Shown: piece by piece, positions 47,654 to 57,644 of the stretch
How positions within the stretch are numbered: the stretch's first letter is position 1
How the letters are laid out: each line of letters opens with the position of its first letter
NCBI GenBank assembly: GCA_965216315.1
Contig: CBDCFN010000015.1
Location: 256,001-320,000 of the forward strand
DNA length: 64,000 bases
Source of the DNA: a bacterium
GTDB lineage: Bacteria; UBA10199; 2-02-FULL-50-16; JAJFLM01
Direction: 5' to 3'
Notes under the pieces: generated by a model
The model's input: only the letters and a program-made list of their open reading frames with translations
What the model was told of the DNA's origin: nothing
Database searches by the model: none
Program-made: the position numbers and the translations under genes

Positions 47654-48898
47654 CTAATCTGTAAGCACTGGAAAGTCATCTACGGTCGCATCGCCGGCGC
47701 GACTCGCGGCCTGCTGCTCGACTTCTCGCAGGGCTTTTTTAAACGCGTGCGACAAAGGTGAGTCCTCCTGCTGGGCCCCAATACGCAAGGCATGAATCGC
47801 CTCGCTCGCGATCTTTTCCGGCCCGTGGATTGAAATCTGGGCGAGACTATGAGCAACTTTACAGAGCAACAGCGGATGCCGGTTTTGAAACCCCATTTGC
47901 ATCAGGACCTCAACCACTTCAGACGTCACGTTGCCAGGATGATGCTTGGCAACCAACCCCAATATCACAGCTATCCCTGTCGCCACATTCGTTTGTTGAC
48001 GTTGCTTAAGGCCGCGTTCCAGTAGACTCTCGATAGTCCATCGCTTTATGAGTCGTTCGGGCGCCACTTCGGCTATATCTTGAATTGCAGTAATGCTCGC
48101 TTGGGAAATCAGTTCGTCCGCGTGCCCCAAACCAGAAGCATATAACGCTTGAATCGCGCGCTGCGCCTGTTTAACGTCATCGCCGATAGCAAGAGCCAAA
48201 TATGTTGCCACGTCTTCGATAGACGTCGTAATCAAGGTATTTTTAATCGTCTGAAAGGCAATACCGGCAGCCGTTTGCAAACCGTCTGAGAGTTGCACAT
48301 CTTCAGCTAATTGAGCCAGCAGCTCGCTAATATTTTTCGCGTACTCGGTCCTTTGTCGATGCAACCCAACTTGCATCAGCGCCTCAATCGCCATGGAGGC
48401 AATCGGAATCAAGGAAGAAGCCACAGCGATGGCTCCCAATGCTACTATCGCACCGTTCACTTGTGCCGGTGAGGCCCCATTCAAGGCAATATCGTACAAG
48501 GAATCCAAGGCATATTGAATCGTGTGCGGATCGCGGCTTCTAACGACAATATTTGCCAGTGAACCGGTTGCTAGAGTGATCACATGACGATCCGTATGCT
48601 CGCGAGCAATGCGGACAAGAACCTCGGTCGTTTGTAAGCGTACGTCGGCTTCTTCCGCCTCCCGGGCACGCGCCGTCAGCGTCACGACATCCCATTCCGT
48701 CATGACATCAATAGGGGCATCTTCACGCGGTGCGTCCGGCAAAATTATGCCGCGCAAACGCCGATAGTATTCGCTCAAATCACTGGAAGCGAGCACGGGG
48801 ACAGAAGATGACACGCCACCGCTCAGCGGCAGCATCGAAGCCGCGAGCACGCTATTCGCGGTCAATAGACTGGATTGTAAACTCGCACCGTAAATCAT
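47654..48898 (-). CDS. Hypothetical HEAT/ARM-like alpha-solenoid protein
   Basis: Repeating amphipathic helices (AIVALGAIA, AIEALMQVG, AIQALYASG). Confidence 0.6.
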   Translation of the reverse strand: MIYGASLQSSLLTANSVLAASMLPLSGGVSSSVPVLASSDLSEYYRRLRGIILPDAPREDAPIDVMTEWDVVTLTARAREAEEADVRLQTTEVLVRIAREHTDRHVITLATGSLANIVVRSRDPHTIQYALDSLYDIALNGASPAQVNGAIVALGAIAVASSLIPIASMAIEALMQVGLHRQRTEYAKNISELLAQLAEDVQLSDGLQTAAGIAFQTIKNTLITTSIEDVATYLALAIGDDVKQAQRAIQALYASGLGHADELISQASITAIQDIAEVAPERLIKRWTIESLLERGLKQRQQTNVATGIAVILGLVAKHHPGNVTSEVVEVLMQMGFQNRHPLLLCKVAHSLAQISIHGPEKIASEAIHALRIGAQQEDSPLSHAFKKALREVEQQAASRAGDATVDDFPVLTD

Positions 48899-48915
48899 TG
48901 CACACCCACAGCCCT

Positions 48916-48941
48916 TGTCGGTCGGCAGCCGGCAAAGTTTC
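48916..48941 (-). promoter_or_regulatory. Candidate promoter GAAAC-N15-CCGACA
   Basis: Minus strand, 17 nt upstream of ATG 48898. Confidence 0.45.
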
Positions 48942-48992
48942 TCCTATTTTCTTTGCCGGTTTTCGTAAGGAATTACAGGGTATTGAGGCCTC

Positions 48993-49706
48993 TTAGTGGC
49001 TCATATACCCCTTGATCTCTTTCGCGGAATGATTGACCCCGATCGAGTAGGCCGCGATGCGACTGAGGTGGGAGTAAGGGAGGCCGCTCTCTTCATGCCA
49101 GGCGTTAAAGACCTCTTGAACCTTAGCGAGATCGCGTTTGGAGCTGGGGGTATCGGCGATATCTACACCGGCATCTTGCAAACACGCCACGACATCACCC
49201 GACAAAATAAAACTATCCTTGCCCATGTTGCGCAAGAAGCGCTGTCCGGTGACGCCGCCTAAACGGCTCCCGCGTTTCTTAAGCAGCCCCCACAACTCGA
49301 CGAGTTCAGTAACGGGCCATTCGGCGACGAACTTACCGAAGCCGCCTTCCGTGCGACTGATTTCGCTGATGAACTTCGCGTTGTCTCGGACTGAGAGGAT
49401 CTTTTGCATGTTGCGGACAATGCGTGTGTCCTTGCCGTAGGCCTCCCACTGTTCCGGAGACAATTTGAGGAGACGCTTCGGATCGAAGCCGTGAAAGGCC
49501 TCTTCAAAACCCGGCCATTTTTGTTTGATGACGCGCCAGACAAAGCCCGCTTGAAAGACGCATTGGGACATCGCCGCCAAGAAGCGATCATCCGGCTTCT
49601 TGGCGACGCTGTTGGGGCGTCCCACTTTGGGGAGAAGCTCTTTGAGGATCTTGGGCCCGCCCTTGCGCTTTTCCGCGCGTTTGAGAACCGAGGCGAATTT
49701 TTTCAC
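48993..49706 (-). CDS. DNA-3-methyladenine glycosylase I (Tag)-family protein
   Basis: VFQAGFVWRVIKQKWPGFEEAFHGFDP, IVRN..KI.SVRDNA. Confidence 0.8.
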   Translation of the reverse strand: MKKFASVLKRAEKRKGGPKILKELLPKVGRPNSVAKKPDDRFLAAMSQCVFQAGFVWRVIKQKWPGFEEAFHGFDPKRLLKLSPEQWEAYGKDTRIVRNMQKILSVRDNAKFISEISRTEGGFGKFVAEWPVTELVELWGLLKKRGSRLGGVTGQRFLRNMGKDSFILSGDVVACLQDAGVDIADTPSSKRDLAKVQEVFNAWHEESGLPYSHLSRIAAYSIGVNHSAKEIKGYMSH

Positions 49707-49758
49707 TACCTAGACTTAGATATGATCTGTGTTGATTGGTCTCGAAAAAAACTATGAC

Positions 49759-49784
49759 GCAACCTTTGGGCCGGTGCGGCGATG
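49759..49784 (+). promoter_or_regulatory. Candidate promoter GCAAC-N15-GCGATG
   Basis: Ends 7 nt before ATG 49792. Confidence 0.45.
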
Positions 49785-49791
49785 AGGGGCT

Positions 49792-50313
49792 ATGTCGTCC
49801 CTACTCCTCACGCCCATGCAGGCCCATAATGCGGTCTTTGGTATTGCGACCAGCCTGACGCTCAATCAGCGGCCCCTCGATATCGCCGCCCGCGGTCTCA
49901 CGACCGAGGTCCGCGACTGGCATGCGGCCACAGTTGGCACCGTTCACGAAGAGCTCCCCGTCGCCCACAGTCTTACCCAATATTGTGACGCCACGATCAC
50001 GACGGCCAGTCAATTAGTGCGCGACCACGGGCTCTCCGCCGCCCTGCTGAATGCAAGCGGCCGCTTCATCATTCCGGAGCCGCTTGGTCTGTCTCATCAG
50101 ATCATCTCCGCGAAACTTCAGGGCTTTGACGCTTCAGAAACTGATGATTCCGAGGCCTCCGCCCGGAAGATTTTTGAGCTCGCCCAACTGCTCTACATCA
50201 GCGCCTACAGTGAATTGTTCACAATTGCCCAGCTGGAATCATTTGAATCGTTCTTGGGAATGGAACCTCGGGAACATCTCGCCCTGCTCACGGGCAAGAC
50301 CCAGGCTCGCTAG
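49792..50313 (+). CDS. Hypothetical protein
   Basis: 173-aa ORF filling the gap between the tag-like gene and alaS. Confidence 0.6.
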   Translation: MSSLLLTPMQAHNAVFGIATSLTLNQRPLDIAARGLTTEVRDWHAATVGTVHEELPVAHSLTQYCDATITTASQLVRDHGLSAALLNASGRFIIPEPLGLSHQIISAKLQGFDASETDDSEASARKIFELAQLLYISAYSELFTIAQLESFESFLGMEPREHLALLTGKTQAR

Positions 50314-52925
50314 AGAAGCTTCGGCAATTCCTTAAATACCTCGGGGATCTTCGACGCATCATCCCCGCCTGCCTCCGCCATGTCCGGACGGCCGCCGCCC
50401 TTGCCGCCGACGATGGGCGCAAGTTGTTTGATCAAGTCTCCCGCTTTGTATTTCTTGGTGAGATCCTCCGTAACCCTCACGACGAGCCGCGCTTTGCCGT
50501 TGTCTGAAGCGGCAATGACGACAATGCCGGACCCGACCTTCTTCATCAGGTCATCCGAGAGTTTGCGCACGAGTTTTTTGTCGGCCACTTCCGACTGTAG
50601 GGTCATGACCTTGACGCCGTTGATTTCCTGAACTTGTTCGGTACTTTCACCAGCCGAACCCGACATGAGTCGCGACTTAAGAGAGGCGACTTCTTTCTCC
50701 AATACCGTGACCTGATCGAGATATTTTTCGAGTTTGGTCAGGACTTCTTTAGGATTCGTATTCAGACGCGTGGCAATTTCCTCGACCTGATGTTCCATCG
50801 AACGAAAGTAGGCCAGCGCCTCGGGCCCCACGACGGCCTCGATCCGTCGGACCCCGGAACCGACCGCCGACTGACCGACGATCTTAAATAATCCAATTTG
50901 ACCGGTGGCTTCGACGTGAGTCCCCCCACAAAACTCGATGGAGAAATCACCCATACTCAAGACCCGGACCATGTCGCCGTACTTATCGCCGAAAAAAGCC
51001 AGCGCCCCCATCTCGATTGCCTTGTCATAGGGCAAGACCTGACACATCACGGTGAGGTTGTTGCGAATCTGTTCATTGACCAAGTCCTCGATCTGGCTGA
51101 TCTCCTGAGCGGTCAACGGTTGGAAATGTGTAAAGTCAAAACGGGTACGATGGGGTGTCACGAGTGATCCCGCCTGCCGCACATGTTCCCCTAACACTTG
51201 GCGTAACGCGGCGTGAAAGAGATGCGTCGCCGAATGGTGGATCATGCTGCCACTGCGGAATTCCGCATCGACGGCGAGTTCGACCTCATCGCCGGTTTGC
51301 AACTTACCCTCCACAACCCGCGCTGAGTGCATCACAGCATCCCCAAGTTTCTGGGTATCCGTCACCATCAGTCGCGCCTGCGGCGTCACGATCAGACCTT
51401 GGTCGCCGACTTGTCCGCCCGATTCGGCATAGAAAGGCGTCTTCGTCGTGATCAGTTCGACACTCTCGCCTTCCTGAACCTTCGAAACGATTTCACCCCC
51501 ACGAATCAAGCTGGCAACCGGACTTTTTCCACTCAAGTGATCGTAGCCGACAAACTCCGTCTTTACGCCCTGCTCGAGGAGCGCCTCATAGGCCGGCCCC
51601 TTGCTCTTGGGTGTCGCCCCCTTCCAGGCCGCGCGACCGCGTTCTTGTTGCGCCGCCATCTGTTGATCAAAACCGGCCTGGTCGATTTGGTAGCCTTTTT
51701 CTTCAGCGATCAACGCCGTGAGATCGGTCGGAAAGCCAAAGGTGTCATATAAGGTAAAGACAATCTCACCCGGAAGGACTTTATCATCCTGATGATTCTC
51801 GATCTCGGTCTGGATCAACTTGAGTCCGTTCTCCAAGGTTTCGAGAAAGCGTTTTTCCTCCTGCTCGATCAACTGCGTGATCAACTTCTGGTGTTCGAGC
51901 AATTCCGGATAGACCTCACCCATCATCTGCATGAGCGGGGTAAAGAGTCGATAGAAGAACGGTTCATTCATGCCCAACAACTTGCCATAGCGAATCGCCC
52001 GCCGCATGATGCGACGCAAGACATAGCCGCGGCCGTCGTTGGAGGGCTGCACGCCGTCCGCAATCAAAAAAGCCGTTGCCCGAATATGGTCGGCCAGCAC
52101 GTGAATCGAGGCATCCTGCTGGGCATCCTTACCGTAGGTGACACCGGTGAGCTTGCAAGCAGCGTCAATCAGCGGGGTAAATAGGTCGGTCTCATAGTTG
52201 GAATGCACGCCCTGGACCGCTGCGGCCAGGCGTTCGAGGCCCATTCCGGTATCGATAGAAGGCTTAGGTAAGGGTGTCATCTTCCCGGATTCATCGCGAT
52301 CGTACTGCATGAAGACCAGGTTCCAGATCTCCATGTAGCGATCGCCCTCGCCGTTAACGACATCTTCAGGGCTCGTTCCCGCTTCGGGCCCGTGATCGTA
52401 GTGAATCTCACTGCACGGACCGCACGGACCCGTCGGTCCCATCGACCAAAAATTCTCTTCGTCACCGAAGCGCAGGATGCGGTCTTTGGCAACCCCTACC
52501 TCGCTTTCCCATAGCTGTGCCGCTTCATCGTCGGTCTCGTAGACCGTGATCCAGAGTCGGTCCGGATCAAGACCGACTTCTTGGGTGAGAAATTCCCAGG
52601 CAAAACGAATCGCGTCCTTTTTAAAATAATCACCGAAGGAGAAGTTGCCGAGCATCTCGAAAAAGGTGTGATGCCGCGCGGTGTGCCCAACGTTTTCGAG
52701 GTCATTGTGCTTGCCGGAGACCCGCATGCATTTCTGAGAGGACGCCGCCCTACTATAGTCGCGTTTTTCTTCTCCGGTGAAGACCTGTTTAAAGGGGACC
52801 ATGCCGGCATTGCAGAAATAGAGGGTCGCATCTCCATGGGGGATGAGCGAGGCCGAACGCACGCGGGTATGCCCTTGATTCTCAAAGTATTTCAGGAACT
52901 TCTCACGGAGTTCGATCGCCTTCAT
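50310..52925 (-). CDS. alaS: Alanine-tRNA ligase
   Basis: NAGMVPFK, RHHTFFEMLGNFSFGDYFK, HSATH, EFCGGTH, GGKGGG. Confidence 0.99.
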   Translation of the reverse strand: MKAIELREKFLKYFENQGHTRVRSASLIPHGDATLYFCNAGMVPFKQVFTGEEKRDYSRAASSQKCMRVSGKHNDLENVGHTARHHTFFEMLGNFSFGDYFKKDAIRFAWEFLTQEVGLDPDRLWITVYETDDEAAQLWESEVGVAKDRILRFGDEENFWSMGPTGPCGPCSEIHYDHGPEAGTSPEDVVNGEGDRYMEIWNLVFMQYDRDESGKMTPLPKPSIDTGMGLERLAAAVQGVHSNYETDLFTPLIDAACKLTGVTYGKDAQQDASIHVLADHIRATAFLIADGVQPSNDGRGYVLRRIMRRAIRYGKLLGMNEPFFYRLFTPLMQMMGEVYPELLEHQKLITQLIEQEEKRFLETLENGLKLIQTEIENHQDDKVLPGEIVFTLYDTFGFPTDLTALIAEEKGYQIDQAGFDQQMAAQQERGRAAWKGATPKSKGPAYEALLEQGVKTEFVGYDHLSGKSPVASLIRGGEIVSKVQEGESVELITTKTPFYAESGGQVGDQGLIVTPQARLMVTDTQKLGDAVMHSARVVEGKLQTGDEVELAVDAEFRSGSMIHHSATHLFHAALRQVLGEHVRQAGSLVTPHRTRFDFTHFQPLTAQEISQIEDLVNEQIRNNLTVMCQVLPYDKAIEMGALAFFGDKYGDMVRVLSMGDFSIEFCGGTHVEATGQIGLFKIVGQSAVGSGVRRIEAVVGPEALAYFRSMEHQVEEIATRLNTNPKEVLTKLEKYLDQVTVLEKEVASLKSRLMSGSAGESTEQVQEINGVKVMTLQSEVADKKLVRKLSDDLMKKVGSGIVVIAASDNGKARLVVRVTEDLTKKYKAGDLIKQLAPIVGGKGGGRPDMAEAGGDDASKIPEVFKELPKLL

Positions 52926-52965
52926 AATTGGAAGCTATCAGTTGGCTGAGGGCCTGTCCAGCCTA

Positions 52966-52991
52966 GCAACATCTGGAGGACAGGACCGATA
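52966..52991 (+). promoter_or_regulatory. Candidate promoter GCAAC-N15-CCGATA
   Basis: GCAAC 52966-52970, CCGATA 52986-52991, then GGAGG and ATG 53001. Confidence 0.6.
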
Positions 52992-53000
52992 CGGGAGGCC

Positions 53001-54095
53001 ATGTCCGGCGCGATCAATCTCAGTCAACTCGTCCAGCTCACCCAATTCAACCTGGGCGGCAGTTTGATTTTCGGCTGTCTTTCCGATACGGGCGAGATCA
53101 CAAACGGCCCTCTCGCCACGGACGTCGTAGGCAGTTTCGCCTATGCGAGTCAGGCCCAAGCAACCGCGCGTGTGTTCCATGAAACGGCGCCTTCACGCGC
53201 GGGGCTGATCCCGATCGAGCCCGATATGACCGATCCTTATGATCTGGAGCTCCATCTTTATATTGATGAAATCCCGTCCTTCGACCGCCAGGGCATTAAA
53301 GGCACCTGGGTCGGACTCGGTCATTATCGCCTGCAACCGAATGCCTACGAAATCCAACATGGCCCGCGCGTCCAGGTACGCACGGAACAAGAGACAAACG
53401 GTGGTCGCCCGATTGAACTCGCCATCGAATATAGCCTGAGCGGTTTCAACATGATGGTCCGTCAGGAAGAAGGCATCCGCTTTCCCCAAAAACGCGGACC
53501 TTCATGGGGCATGTTAGGCACGCAATTGGGATCACGTCTCTTCCTGGAAAGATTATTAGGCGCTCATGCCGTTCCCAACGTCACTCACGTCGACCAAATA
53601 GACGAACCCTTTCACCCACAAGATGTCAGTATGCTGTTTGAGTTGGGACTCCATTTCTATAGCGCCAATCCGGAACGCTGGGCGGAGGGCTTCTACTTTG
53701 ATGACTACCGCGGTGATCATTATGCTGTCATTTATTCGGACGATGGCACGGGTCACCTGGTCAACTCGTCCGGTCAGCGGATTGAATTTGACGACTATGT
53801 CCCACATCAAGGGGCAATGAATCTGCGCTCGGCCGAACGCGTGCAGGGAACGGCCCTTGATGTACCGGCCCTGTGTATCAGCTTGGCCTCCGACGGTATC
53901 AGTATCAGCGAACACCTCCTCAACCCGGCGCAAACTTCTTTCAGCTCGTTCATGCGTCAGTTGATCGCAAGAAGCCAGGAAGAGGTTCAGCGCCAGCTGA
54001 CTTATATCCAGACGCTTTCACCGGAAGAGCGTCTGGCAAGCTTAGCGGAGGCCTTTGGAATCGACGAAGCAACCTTTAGGGCCCGCAACCGATAG
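53001..54095 (+). CDS. Hypothetical protein, paralog of next gene
   Basis: Colinear motifs shared with 54105-55334. Confidence 0.7.
   Translation: MSGAINLSQLVQLTQFNLGGSLIFGCLSDTGEITNGPLATDVVGSFAYASQAQATARVFHETAPSRAGLIPIEPDMTDPYDLELHLYIDEIPSFDRQGIKGTWVGLGHYRLQPNAYEIQHGPRVQVRTEQETNGGRPIELAIEYSLSGFNMMVRQEEGIRFPQKRGPSWGMLGTQLGSRLFLERLLGAHAVPNVTHVDQIDEPFHPQDVSMLFELGLHFYSANPERWAEGFYFDDYRGDHYAVIYSDDGTGHLVNSSGQRIEFDDYVPHQGAMNLRSAERVQGTALDVPALCISLASDGISISEHLLNPAQTSFSSFMRQLIARSQEEVQRQLTYIQTLSPEERLASLAEAFGIDEATFRARNR
54069..54094 (+). promoter_or_regulatory. Candidate promoter GCAAC-N15-CCGATA embedded in the 3' end of the upstream gene
   Basis: GCAAC 54069-54073, CCGATA 54089-54094, ATG 54105. Confidence 0.6.
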
Positions 54096-54104
54096 GTCTG
54101 GACT

Positions 54105-55334
54105 ATGAGCGGAGTCCTCTACGCCAACAGCGCGGCTCAGGCCCTTGCCACGAGTTTGACGTCCCTGTATCAATTTAATTCACGCGAGTGTCTACTTGTC
54201 CCGCATCGTTCGATGCTTGCACCTGATAGCAGTGGCGATCCACGTTATCTGTTGCATACCGGCCGCCTGCTCGATGACCTCGCCGGCGCCTATGATGCAA
54301 CCACGGTACTGATGGAGCGCGCCGCCACTTTGCTCGAGGCAACGGGGACCTCGCGTTACCACATTCCCCTGGCCTCCATCCCCAGTCTCCATCCAGAGCA
54401 ACGCACCCCCTATTTAATCCATTATGAAACGCCCGCCATGCGAACCGCGCGCCTGCTCACCCGTTACAAGGAAGCCGCACCGCCCGGTAAGGCAATCGTC
54501 GATCTTCCTCCCTTGTTGCAGACGTCTCTCGAGACACGCGATACCGAATTACATCTCGCTCAACAGCGTCGTCTGAGCAACAGTGCCAATTTTTTGAGCC
54601 ACGGACTCAGCCTTTTTCTGTCGACGCAACTGGAGGGAGTGATATCGGAATTGGTCATCGGTTTGCGCCTCGAGGGTCTGCGTGCCGCAATTACTCAAAG
54701 AGACCGTGTCGTCCTCACGGAAGAAGGACCTGGCGTACTCGACACCTGCGTCTTAAGCTTTAGCAATCGTTCGTATCTCGAAAGAATGCTCGGCCGTGGC
54801 CCATTAAGCTCGCGCCTCGGCATCGCCTACTCACCGGCCCCATTTGGGCCTGAAAACCTTCAAGATATGCTCACGATCACCGAACAGATGTACGCCGCGG
54901 ATCCCGACCTGTTCAGGGAAGGTTTTGCCCTTAGTGACTCACGGGTCGAAACGTATCAACTCCATTTTAATATCCCCGGACAGATCATCGCCACGGATCG
55001 GCAAGGACATCGTGTTGATGCCCGCCAGCTCAGCCTTCGTTCCGAGGTTCCGGATTTCTCCATCCGTTCCATTGCCGGATTGGCCCCGACGTTAAGTCTC
55101 TTTTCGCTCCTGTGGAGCGACGTCGACGTCAAAATGGAATTGAATCGCCCTCATTGGATGGAAAGCGCCGTCACGCATAGTTTTGCCGACTACTTCGACT
55201 TGATGGAGGCCGCAATCCGCCTGGAACTCAAGATCTTTGACGAGATGGACCCGCGAGACCGCCGCAATTTACTCGAGACTGAAATCGCCCGTCTCAACGA
55301 CGATGACAGCGATGACAAGAAATGGCTGAATTAG
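54105..55334 (+). CDS. Hypothetical protein, paralog of previous gene
   Basis: YLERMLG...PFGP...YAADPDLFREGF vs FLERLLG...PFHP...YSANPERWAEGF. Confidence 0.7.
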   Translation: MSGVLYANSAAQALATSLTSLYQFNSRECLLVPHRSMLAPDSSGDPRYLLHTGRLLDDLAGAYDATTVLMERAATLLEATGTSRYHIPLASIPSLHPEQRTPYLIHYETPAMRTARLLTRYKEAAPPGKAIVDLPPLLQTSLETRDTELHLAQQRRLSNSANFLSHGLSLFLSTQLEGVISELVIGLRLEGLRAAITQRDRVVLTEEGPGVLDTCVLSFSNRSYLERMLGRGPLSSRLGIAYSPAPFGPENLQDMLTITEQMYAADPDLFREGFALSDSRVETYQLHFNIPGQIIATDRQGHRVDARQLSLRSEVPDFSIRSIAGLAPTLSLFSLLWSDVDVKMELNRPHWMESAVTHSFADYFDLMEAAIRLELKIFDEMDPRDRRNLLETEIARLNDDDSDDKKWLN

Positions 55335-55337
55335 TGC

Positions 55338-55931
55338 TTAGTTCGCCTTCTGAACCAGTTCTTGATGTATCTTCATTAGCGGCCCAAAATTCTGGTCATC
55401 GGCAGCCTTTAGGGCTTGGAGGTAGCGGTTTCTGAAATTACTTTGCTCCAAAAGTGCTTTCTCCGGCCACTGGTATAACGGCAAATTGGACTTACGACGG
55501 TGAATATTCGTGATCAAGCGGGCCCACCGACCGTTACCGTTCTTAAACGGATGGACCCAAACCAGACGATGATGCAAGCGTGCACAAATCTCTTCCGGAT
55601 CAATATCAGAAGTCGGCGTGGTCCAGTACGCGTAGTCATCAGCCAACTTTCTGAGCTCTTCTCGTATTTGTGTCTTATCAATCCCGATATTCAAATTAGA
55701 GTCACGAATTGTCCCAGCCCAATCCCATACATCTCCAAGCATTTCGCAATGAACTTGTAAAAACCAATCATAGGTAAATGGAGCTTTTTTAGGGGAAACG
55801 CGTCCCAATAAATATTTTCGACTCGCCCGTATAATATTCTCAAATTCGACAAGATCACATTCTTGCCGTGTCTGCAGATCGATCTTTAGACCGGAATAAT
55901 CCTCGAGTCGTGTTTTGCCATCATCGATCAC
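55338..55931 (-). CDS. Fic-domain mobile mystery protein B
   Basis: MLGDVWDWAG..R; LHHRLVWVHPFKNGNGRWAR. Confidence 0.9.
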   Translation of the reverse strand: MIDDGKTRLEDYSGLKIDLQTRQECDLVEFENIIRASRKYLLGRVSPKKAPFTYDWFLQVHCEMLGDVWDWAGTIRDSNLNIGIDKTQIREELRKLADDYAYWTTPTSDIDPEEICARLHHRLVWVHPFKNGNGRWARLITNIHRRKSNLPLYQWPEKALLEQSNFRNRYLQALKAADDQNFGPLMKIHQELVQKAN

Positions 55932-55943
55932 TATGCCGACTCC

Positions 55944-56396
55944 TTAGTCGTCCCATAATAGTGAAGGACGCTTACTCGCCAAGTCCCGAACCAAGTCTTC
56001 TCGTTGTTGCTTAATATACTTCTCTGCCGGCTGCTGCTCTTCGAGTGCTGCGGTTCCTACCGATAATTTAACGAGCTGATCGGCTTTCTGCTCAGCACGC
56101 TGTCGAATACTCTGTTGAATTGGTTGTCTGGGTACCAAACGAACGATGAGTTCACAGTCGAGGCCTTCAGCCGCCTTTTTAAGGCTTGAGAGCCGCGGAT
56201 CGACTTCTTCACTTTCCAATCGCTGGATCATGCGCAGATATTGGCCTGAGCGCCGTGCTAGTTGTGTCTGCGTCATTCCTAGTAGTGCTCGGATTCTCTG
56301 AATTTGCACCCCGATCCGTTCCGGGGATCTTAGCCAATCCGGCAGTGATTTTAAGGGCTTATAGCGTTCTTGTTCGAAGAGGACCTTGAGTTTCAT
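55944..56396 (-). CDS. XRE-HTH mobile mystery protein A
   Basis: IRALLGMTQTQLARR, LKKAAEGLDCEL...LVPR, ALEEQ, C-terminal LWDD; upstream of the Fic gene. Confidence 0.88.
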   Translation of the reverse strand: MKLKVLFEQERYKPLKSLPDWLRSPERIGVQIQRIRALLGMTQTQLARRSGQYLRMIQRLESEEVDPRLSSLKKAAEGLDCELIVRLVPRQPIQQSIRQRAEQKADQLVKLSVGTAALEEQQPAEKYIKQQREDLVRDLASKRPSLLWDD

Positions 56397-56406
56397 GGCC
56401 CAATTA

Positions 56407-56489
56407 TACTACATATTTGTCGTATTACAAGCATGTTTATACGCTAAATATGTCGTAAATAAACCTGTTTTTACGACATATATGTCATA
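56407..56489. promoter_or_regulatory. Three 18-bp operator-like palindromes (consensus TACGACATATATGTCGTA)
   Basis: 56407-56424, 56440-56457, 56472-56489; spacing 33 and 32 nt. Confidence 0.7.
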
Positions 56490-56501
56490 TCAAAAGGGGG
56501 C

Positions 56502-57569
56502 CTAGCTTGCCTTCTTGCGTCCGGGCTTATTGTCCGGCGGCAGATCGGTCGCGACCGGTTGCGCCTTGGCCGGCATAGGGATGCCGAGCTTGGTACGGAC
56601 TTCCTTTTCCAGCTTGTTGGCGATCTTTTTGTTTTCTTTGAGGAAGGTGCGGGCGTTTTCTTTGCCCTGACCCAAGCGATCGTCGCCGTAAGAATACCAG
56701 GTCCCGCTCTTTTCAATCACGCCGGCCTGTTCGCCCATGTCGAGGATTTCGCCTTCGCGCGAGATGCCTTCGCCATAGACAATATCAAACTCGACGTTGC
56801 GAAAGGGCGCCGCCATCTTGTTCTTCACGACCTTGACGCGGGTTCTGTTCCCGACGATTTGATCGGATTGCTTGAGCGCGCTGATGCGACGGATGTCGAG
56901 GCGCACGGAGGAATAGAACTTTAAGGCATTTCCTCCCGTCGTCGTCTCGGGATTGCCGAACATCACGCCAATCTTCATGCGGATTTGGTTGATAAAAATG
57001 AGCAGGGAATTGGACTTGGAAATGGACGCGGTCAGTTTGCGCAGGGCCTGACTCATCAGTCGGGCTTGAACTCCCATCTGAGGATCACCCATGTCGCCTT
57101 CAATCTCGGAGCGCGGGGTCAAAGCCGCAACCGAATCCACGACGATAATATCAACGGCCCCGCTCTTGATCAGCATATCCGCTATCTCCAAGGCCTGCTC
57201 GCCGTTATCCGGTTGGGAGACGAGCAACTCGTCGGTCTTCACCCCGAGTTTAGCCGCGTATGTTGGGTCCATCGCGTGCTCCGCATCGATGAAGGCGGCG
57301 ACACCACCTGCTTTTTGTGCCGAGGCGATCGCGTGGAGTGACAAGGTCGTCTTACCGGAGGACTCCGGACCAAAAATTTCAATGATGCGTCCCTTCGGAT
57401 AACCACCTATCCCTAAAGACTGATCAAGACCAATTGAACCCGTGGGAATGACCTCAACGCCTTGAAATTTGGCATCCGCATCGCCAAGTTTCATGATCGA
57501 TCCCTTGCCATATTGGCGTTCGATACTGGTAAGCGCGGTCTCTAGCGTTTTGGCTTTGATGTCATCCAT
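56502..57569 (-). CDS. recA: Recombinase A
   Basis: [34 protein letters not shown]. Confidence 0.99.
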   Translation of the reverse strand: MDDIKAKTLETALTSIERQYGKGSIMKLGDADAKFQGVEVIPTGSIGLDQSLGIGGYPKGRIIEIFGPESSGKTTLSLHAIASAQKAGGVAAFIDAEHAMDPTYAAKLGVKTDELLVSQPDNGEQALEIADMLIKSGAVDIIVVDSVAALTPRSEIEGDMGDPQMGVQARLMSQALRKLTASISKSNSLLIFINQIRMKIGVMFGNPETTTGGNALKFYSSVRLDIRRISALKQSDQIVGNRTRVKVVKNKMAAPFRNVEFDIVYGEGISREGEILDMGEQAGVIEKSGTWYSYGDDRLGQGKENARTFLKENKKIANKLEKEVRTKLGIPMPAKAQPVATDLPPDNKPGRKKAS

Positions 57570-57591
57570 GTAGTCCTCCTTAGACTCAATT

Positions 57592-57643
57592 AAAAAAAGG
57601 CAATCTAGTGCACTGCCTGGTGATGAGTGTGCCCTAATTGCCT
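57592..57643 (-). terminator. Hairpin plus U7 between thpR and recA
   Basis: Minus strand aggcaattagggcac...gtgcactagattgcct followed by T-run. Confidence 0.5.
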
Positions 57644-57644
57644 C

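Noticed and set aside
56407..56489. CRISPR array
   Set aside because: Three degenerate 18-bp palindromes with 14-15 nt gaps; too short and no cas genes.
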